A stretch of DNA of 64,000 nucleotides from positions 496,001 through 560,000 of the forward strand of contig OZ251226.1 in assembly GCA_965240325.2 (NCBI GenBank). Reading direction: 5' to 3'. This DNA is from Rebecca billardiae RCC1528. Its lineage: Eukaryota; Protista; Haptophyta. Made by a program: the position numbers and the translations under genes. Below, in pieces: positions 57,358-64,000 of the stretch (the stretch's first letter is position 1; the number at the start of each line of letters is the position of its first letter). The notes below the pieces were generated by a model, which was not told the DNA's origin, made no database searches, and saw nothing but the letters and a program-made list of their open reading frames with translations.

Positions 57358-60284
57358 TTACCCACCACATCAGCGTCGTGTTTTTACGAAGCCTGGGTCC
57401 CTCGCGCTTGTCCAGCTGGCGCAACGCTCCGCTCGATCGTCGACAAGTCGGCGTTGGTGCTGCAGAGCTCCGCCTGCCACCGCGATAGAAATAGCTTGTG
57501 CGCGACTTGAGCTGCTGCAGTGCGATCCACCTGCGCTGCGCAGCCGAGTCGCATGGGCCTGCTGCGCCCTGATCAGGGGCGAGGGTGCAAGACCGGAATC
57601 CGGATGGCAGACGGCCGTCTCAGCCGCTGGGCCCTTTCGCCACTGGCGGGCGGTCCGGCGGTGATGTAGTCGTCCCCGTGTGCCCTGCACGGCAGCGTGC
57701 GCGCTTGCCGCTCTGCTCAGCTGGCTTGCGTCCGCCTGATAGTGCAGACTAGCTTACTATGAGACCAGTTCCAATAAATTAAGTGAGCGCTCCAACGTAT
57801 TTAATGAACGAGTCTATGATAATAAGCCCCGATATGATGCCTCATGCCTCATCTGGCATCAGCCTGGCCTAGCGCCAGGATGAGGACAGCAGCAGTTCTG
57901 TCGTTGACTCGCTGCCATAGATATAGCAGCTGCAGTACGATATGATGGTGACTCCGCCACATTCAACACACACTCCGCTGTATACGTAAATAGCGGCGCT
58001 GGCGCGCCCACACTTATGCTGATGGCGCTGCCTGCGACGCTCGCTTGCGAGGAGGCGTGGGACAAACGAGCTCGGCGCGCTCCGCCTCCCCTGCTGGCTC
58101 GGCGAGCGACGGAGCCGATGGCTCAGGCAACTGCCTGACATTGGTTCTCTGCCTGCTGCAAGAGCCGAGCCGCGCGACTTTGACGTGCGCCCTGCCGCGC
58201 GCCCGCGTTTTGCCCGGCGGACGTGGTGAACTCACACTTCACAGTCACTGTTCGGCTCGGCCGGTGCGGCTGCAGATGAGTAAGTTACCACGAGTCTTCG
58301 GTCGTTATCACCACAGTTCACCAACAACAAGAGACGCACAAAGCTCAGGCAGGCGAGATGGACGCACTCAGTAGGTAGGAGTGACGACTGTTGTCACGCC
58401 GTCTGCCCCAGCCTGAAGCTGTGAAGCCGCCCGGTGCTGCCGTGCTGCTCACCCGAATGCCTCATCACTCTACTGTAACTACAGCTCGGGCAGATTGAGG
58501 GTGCGCAAGCGCAGTCCTCCTGTCCTTGGCCAGTCGGACTCTCGGAGTGGGCCACTCGTTCGGACTGCCGCTGCAGGCGCGCCTGGCTGGTACTCTCCGC
58601 CATCGCACTCGCTTCACGCGGGCTCACGCCGAGTACAAGTAACGATGGCGGTGCAGCCACTGGGCGCAGGAATTTCGGGTGGGGATTTTCTTTTCCGAAT
58701 ATGTTGGTGATGCCGTCAGAGCACCACCAACCTCTGCCGCTGGCGGCTGCGCTGACAGCGCGCTGGGCGGCGCTGGAGGGGCGAGATGGGTGCCGACTGC
58801 GCGCCCTCCTGCGGTAGTTGCGTGCCCGCGAAGGCGGTGCGCGTGGTTGAGCGCGGCTGAAGAGCAGCCATTTGCGTCGTTCCACCGCTCGCCGTTCGGA
58901 ATCACTGCATCCGCCGCGCCTCAGGCCATCGCGTGCGCCGCACCAACAAGGAAGTTGTGTGCATTCCTCGGCTGACTGCACGCGTGCCGCGAGCAGCGGC
59001 GTCGGCGTCCGGCACTTGGTTGCAATGGGCAATGTCCAGGTAGTTTATGCACGCGTCATCGCTCGTCACAGTACGCTGCCTGGCATACGCATCTGCACGG
59101 GTCACACAGCCGTCAAAAGGCATGGTCGAGCATCACGCAGCGGTTGGCATCGACCTACGGCGAGGGTCGTGTGAGCATGAAAAGCACTGACATGCGCCCT
59201 TCTGGATAGTGATGTAGTGAGCACATTCCCGCGTGAAAGGAGCGCGCGCCATTCAGGCACCGGAAGCGGCGTCGGGGCTGGATGCTCACGTCTTAGGCAG
59301 GCTGATGCTGCCTTCCGGCTGCACGGGTGCGTCTGATCAAGGCTGACCGTGTGTGCACGATGCGCACCGTCAAGTTCGACACGAACGTCCAGACGTGAGC
59401 TACTGCTGGACAAGGTAGTATACACACATTCATACACGCGCCGTGTCATCCGAGGAGGCACATACACGCAGGCCATCATGGGCCTCGTTCAGGTATATTC
59501 TGCATCAGCACGCATGCATGCACGTACTAGCTCGGGCCAAGATTGACGTCGGAGCACGAGTCAGGGAGTTCAATGCCGGGGCAGAGCTGGACAGCGGTCA
59601 CGTGTGTGGCCACTCCGCGCGAGCGCACATGCTCCGCGTCACCGCATATCAGCATGGCGTGCGCTGCAACGTCATCGTCGGGCCAGAGCGCTTGTTCGAC
59701 CAATCGGCTCGTATGAATGATGCAATCAGCACACCTGAACGCAGCTGTTCGGACCCGCGCTCATGCGCGGCGGCGCAAGGTAGCGCAGTGCGTACAGCGT
59801 AGGCCTCGCCGCGCGGAAGCGCATGCTCCGTGTGTGTCTCGCCTCGCATGGCGCACGCGGGCGAGGCTGGCCGTGTGGCGGTGTGCACAGACAAGTGCTG
59901 GCCCGAGGCAAGTACAGCCGAATGCGATGCGCGGCGCGAAGCGGCGAATGGCACTTCAGCACGACTGCCCAGCCTAGCTCGCCGGCTCTGCGCTCGCGGG
60001 ATCGTCCACACGCACGGGAGCGCGGCGCCGTCGCCCGCTCCCCCGAGACGCGCGCGTCCGCCGCGCAGCGCGCGGCTGAATAAATGCAAGGCGGAAATAA
60101 AAAGCGCGCCGATTTTCTGATTTCTCCGACCCTGGGTGCCGTGTCCCCAGTGGGGTCCGGGTGCGCGCAGATCTAGAGACGGCCACTGGTCGAGTGGTGT
60201 GCGTCAAAATCAAGAAAGGGCTGCAAGGCAAGGGCACAGCCCCGGGCCCGCCTGCATTGTGCACAGGCCGCCGGCCAGTCGCCG

Positions 60285-62480
60285 ATGGGGCCCGTGGTGC
60301 AGAGCATCGAGGTGAGCGCCCCGGAAAGCCGGCACGACCACTTCGGCCTCTTCGCGTACACGACCTACCTACTGCGCGTCCAGCTCGCCGACGGGCGCAC
60401 ATGCGGCGCGCGCCGGCGGTACCGCGATTTTGACTTCCTGACGCGCGAGCTGCTGAAGCGGTATGCTGGGCTGCTGTGCCCGCCGCTGCCGGGCAAGCAG
60501 GCGTTCGGCCGGACGCGCATACCGTTCGTCCAGCAGCGCATGCGCGGGCTGCAGCTCTTCTTCGCGCGTCTCGCCGCGCACCCGACCCTCGCGCGCGACT
60601 CGCTGCTCCACTCACTGCTGAGCGTGCCCGGCGCGCCCTCGTGGGAGCAGTCGGTCCGGATGGTGGCGGCGGAGACGCGCGTGGAGAACGGCGGGCTGGA
60701 GCACTGGGACGCGCAGCTCGGCGCGTGCGAGCCGTGCACCGACGGCGAGCAGGTCGCGCTGCTGCTCACGGCGGTCGGCAAGGAGCTGGACGAGGCCGAG
60801 CGCGTGTTGCGATCGGTCGTCCATGCGACCGCGATGGTTGTAGGGGCGAGCCGCTCGTTTGGGGCGGCGCTGGGCGGGCTGCGCGTGGCGTGCAAGTCGT
60901 GGGAGAACACCGAGCGCGTGCACCTCATCAAGCACCTCTCCTCCGCCGGCTCGTCCCACGGCGCCGCGCTCGCAGCTTCGGCAGCGGCTGGCGGCGCCGG
61001 CGGCGCCGGCAGCACCGCCCCTGCCACGCCGCGCGAGCTGAGCCGACCCGTCGACCCGATGGTCTCGCTGCTCGAGTGCCTCGGGCAGCAGCTCGGCGCG
61101 GAGGAGCGGCTGCTGCGGCTCTGCCCCGCCGCCGTGCACCACCTCCTCGCCGATGCGCTCGCGTTCGAGCAGCGGCAGCTCGGCTCCATGCGCGCAGCGC
61201 TCGAGCGGCGCGCGCGCGCCGCGGCCGCTGTGACGGACGCGCGCCGCGCTGCGGAGACGGCGCAGCTCAAGGGGGAGGAGGCGGCAGCGACGGAGCGGCG
61301 CCGCGCGGAGGCCGCGACCGCGCTCGAGCGCATGGACCGCGCGCTGCTCCACCTCGAGCTCCCGCGCGCCGCCCGCCACCGCGTGCAGACCATGTACGTT
61401 GTCACCGCCCAGCTCGCCGCCCTGCGGCAGGCGGCGGCGCGCCGCGCTGAGGTGAGCGCCGCGGCGTTCTTCGCACAGTGCGCGCACCTCGGGGCGACGC
61501 CGGCGGCGGCGGCGGCGGCGAGCGGGGCCGTCGCCCATCCCGCCGCCGACGACGCCGACGCGCTGCGCTCCGGAGCGCTCGCGGAGCTCCGCGCGCTTGG
61601 CATCGAGACGGAAGCGCTTGAGCCGCCGCCGCCAAGCGCGGTGCTCGCGGCGGGCGGCGCGGTGCCGCCGGGCCTCACCCGGACCTCCTCTGGCAGCGGC
61701 ACGGCGCACACGCGGCACTCGGGCGGCAAGCGGCGCGCGCGGCACGCCGCCTCGTCCGCGAGCTCGGGCGACGCCGAGATGCTCAGCAGCGCCGCGTACG
61801 CCGCGCACGCAAGCCCGGCCGCGAGCGTCGTCGCGGTGGAGGCGCGGCCGGAGCGCGCGCACGGACGTCGCAGCAGCCACTCGGCGGGGCCGGGCAAGGG
61901 CTCGGGCTCGCGGCGCGAGTCGTTGCGCGAGCACGCGGTCGAGCACGCGCACACGCCTCCCGCCGCGTCGGCCGCGGCCGAGCCGCCACCGGCTTCACCG
62001 CTGCCGCCGCCGCCGCCGCCGCCGCCGCCTGTTGCCGTGCCCTCGCCTGCGCGCCGCCCCTCGGCTGCGCCACCCTCCGTCGCCGCGCAGGCGGCGGCCG
62101 CCGCCTCGCGACGCAGCTCGGTGACAAAGCTCGCCGACGACGTGGACAGCGTGAAGCGCGGCCCGGCCTCCCTCGCGCTCTCCGCCGCGACGACGGATGA
62201 GCTCGGCTCGGCGTTCGGCACCTCCGCGTCCTCGTCGCCGACGCCGTCGACGGCCGGCGCGCTGCATGGCGTGTTTCCGTCCAGCTCTGCGTCCGTGGTG
62301 GTGCCGGCGCCGACTGTGGCCTCGGGCTCGGCGCACGCGGCGCAGAGCCCGGCAAGCTGCGCTTCGCCCGCCCCCGGGGCGGGATCAGCTCGGCGCGAAT
62401 CCTCGCAGGGCGACCTGTTCTCCGCTATCGCAGCGCGCCGACGTGCGCTCCTCATCGATGACGATAACGCTGCGGACTGA
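60285..62480 (+). CDS. Sorting nexin (PX + BAR/Vps5-like) with a proline-rich tail and terminal WH2-like motif
   Basis: PX: YTTYLL..RRRYRDFDFL..LLCPPLPGK..FVQQRMRGLQLFF..AAHPTL. Helical BAR-like region follows, then poly-Pro and C-terminal QGDLFSAIAARR...DDD. Confidence 0.82.
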   Translation: MGPVVQSIEVSAPESRHDHFGLFAYTTYLLRVQLADGRTCGARRRYRDFDFLTRELLKRYAGLLCPPLPGKQAFGRTRIPFVQQRMRGLQLFFARLAAHPTLARDSLLHSLLSVPGAPSWEQSVRMVAAETRVENGGLEHWDAQLGACEPCTDGEQVALLLTAVGKELDEAERVLRSVVHATAMVVGASRSFGAALGGLRVACKSWENTERVHLIKHLSSAGSSHGAALAASAAAGGAGGAGSTAPATPRELSRPVDPMVSLLECLGQQLGAEERLLRLCPAAVHHLLADALAFEQRQLGSMRAALERRARAAAAVTDARRAAETAQLKGEEAAATERRRAEAATALERMDRALLHLELPRAARHRVQTMYVVTAQLAALRQAAARRAEVSAAAFFAQCAHLGATPAAAAAASGAVAHPAADDADALRSGALAELRALGIETEALEPPPPSAVLAAGGAVPPGLTRTSSGSGTAHTRHSGGKRRARHAASSASSGDAEMLSSAAYAAHASPAASVVAVEARPERAHGRRSSHSAGPGKGSGSRRESLREHAVEHAHTPPAASAAAEPPPASPLPPPPPPPPPVAVPSPARRPSAAPPSVAAQAAAAASRRSSVTKLADDVDSVKRGPASLALSAATTDELGSAFGTSASSSPTPSTAGALHGVFPSSSASVVVPAPTVASGSAHAAQSPASCASPAPGAGSARRESSQGDLFSAIAARRRALLIDDDNAAD

Positions 62481-63237
62481 GGCTGAGCCTCCGCAGCGAC
62501 TCACTGATACGACTCAGCACTGATATTATGGCCCGCGGTGCAGGGCGGAGCGCGCAGCGTGGAGCCCGCACCAGCGGGCCCGAACAACGTTTCAAAAAGA
62601 TCTTTGATCAAGAAAAAAGGGACGGGGGACGATTTTCATGGCTGGAGGAGACCGAGTTTCGAATTTTGAGACCCTCTCTAACATGCATCACGGCCGAAAA
62701 AGGTCGCGCCCACGGCAAGTTCATAGTAAAGCGTGGAGTGACGCCCGTCCAAAAAACTTCACGCCCTTTAGGATCCCTAACGTAACGAACCGTTACAAGC
62801 GATTTTTCCGGCCAATGAGATTGCAGCAAGGTCCAAGGAGCGATGACGTATCTAGATGGAGATTGCCGCGAACCGATGTGACCATGTACGTCCCTTGAAT
62901 CAGTTGAATCAACTATTCAATCGCGCCGTGTCTGTATCAGGAGCCGACGAGGCAAGGGTCAGTAGCCGATGGGCCAACCTCGGCGAATCTCAATACTATC
63001 TGACACGAGTTGAGCCGGCTGCCCAGCAAAGCCAAACCTTGGTTGCCGCGGCTGCGGCGAGACTCACTGGCTCCGCGAGAGGGGGCGAGCCGCACGAGCG
63101 ACCGACGGGTGAGGACGGCGATGGGCACGTGCGCGCGGCGAGTTGCGCCTGGAGCGCGCGGCTGCGGCGGGTCCCGACTGCCGTCGACATCGCGTTCGTG
63201 CCCCCGCTCACTCCGCGCGCCCCCGCCGCCCCGTGTC

Positions 63238-63307
63238 GATGCCTGCGCGCGGCCGCGCGCCGGTCGGCGCCGGATGCCTGCGCGCGGCCGCGCGCCGGTC
63301 GGCGCCG
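63238..63307. repeat. 35-bp tandem repeat, 2 copies
   Basis: gatgcctgcgcgcggccgcgcgccggtcggcgccg x2. Confidence 0.85.
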
Positions 63308-63682
63308 GGGCGCCCCGGCCGCGCCGCGGCAGCCGCCCTGTATTCGGGCTCTCGCAAGCTCGGGGGCAGCGGCGCCTGGTGCCGGACTGATCGATCTCTG
63401 AGTCTTCGACTTCACCACGCGCCGCCCTTGCCATGCCTTTCCGGGGAGCGCCGACGATCCGAGTCCATCGTCGACGGTCGACTCTGAGCGAGGGCTACGC
63501 CTCGGAACTGAACGGTACTCTACGAGGAGGACGAGCTGCGCGGGCGACGGTGGTGCGTGACGTCCCCAGAGCTGGCTGTGCCTCTGCAACGCGTGCCGAG
63601 CCTGATCGAGGTGTGTCAGCCCGTGCACGCGCGGCGTGCGCGAACGATCCGTGACTGGTGCCCAGTCGCACCTCCGACCTCG

Positions 63683-63992
63683 GCACCGTGCTCCCTCGGG
63701 CTGTCAGCTCCGCGTGGCCTGGCGTGCACGTCGAGTTGCGCTCATGCGTCGATCACGCCTCGCGCCCGCCTGTCGGCCGTCGCGCAGGCGCTGGTCGAAC
63801 CCTACTCGGACCAGTGCAAATCATCTAACTATCCTGGCGCTCGGCCGGTGCGCGGTGACCCGCGGCGGGACAGCGGTCAGTCAGCAGCAGCGGCCCGAAC
63901 GAATCCGCGGCCCCGCACCGTGCTCCCTGGCTGTCAGCTTCGCGTGGCCTGGCGTGCACGTGGAGTCGCGCTCATGCGTCGATCACGCCTCG
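63683..63992. repeat. ~80-bp direct repeat, copies at 63683-63762 and 63915-63992
   Basis: gcaccgtgctccct..ggctgtcagct..cgcgtggcctggcgtgcacgt..gcgctcatgcgtcgatcacgcctcg, with a few differences; 232-bp spacing. Confidence 0.85.
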
Positions 63993-64000
63993 TCGCATCC

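Noticed and set aside
56752-57664. ORFs with poly-LS, poly-ER, poly-CV and IYLS tracts
   Set aside because: Translations of microsatellites.
1-64000. Hundreds of long overlapping or antisense ORFs rich in Arg/Ala/Pro (e.g. 2245-5814 -, 27270-33212 +, 36147-39599 +)
   Set aside because: Expected shadows of very high GC and GC3 bias, which make stop codons rare. They have no domain motifs and overlap better-supported genes.
1-64000. rRNA, tRNA or other structured RNA genes
   Set aside because: No recognisable signatures seen by eye; a covariance-model scan would be needed to exclude them.

Overview
Eukaryotic nuclear DNA of very high GC content, with short spliceosomal introns (GTGCGC...CGCAG). 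The style resembles a Pavlovales-type haptophyte alga such as Diacronema; that assignment is inference only. Most entries in the supplied ORF track are GC-driven shadow ORFs. I support about 13 protein genes: a 5'-truncated CEP350-like protein, an atypical thioredoxin, TMA7, a small hypothetical protein, an EsV-1-7 Cys-repeat protein, a B3-ELM2-SANT protein, a TrhO-like rhodanese, a PDI-C/ERGIC-thioredoxin hybrid, a tandem two-module CNBD/ankyrin channel, a ~5580-aa surface protein, a PhyH-like dioxygenase, cytochrome b5, ornithine decarboxylase and a PX-BAR sorting nexin. Non-coding features are a 2.2-kb composite double-foldback element (CAAGGG ends, 7-bp target duplication), microsatellites and several transposon-like remnants. 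The most notable items are: (1) the giant NIDO/TMEM132-like/cohesin/dockerin-like/SPPP multi-pass protein, with basic cleavage-like sites between cohesin and dockerin; (2) a plant-type B3 domain fused to an ELM2-SANT co-repressor module; (3) a two-module channel with one GYG pore and one CNG-like pore; (4) the fused foldback element. All domain calls come from reading motifs by eye; no searches were run.
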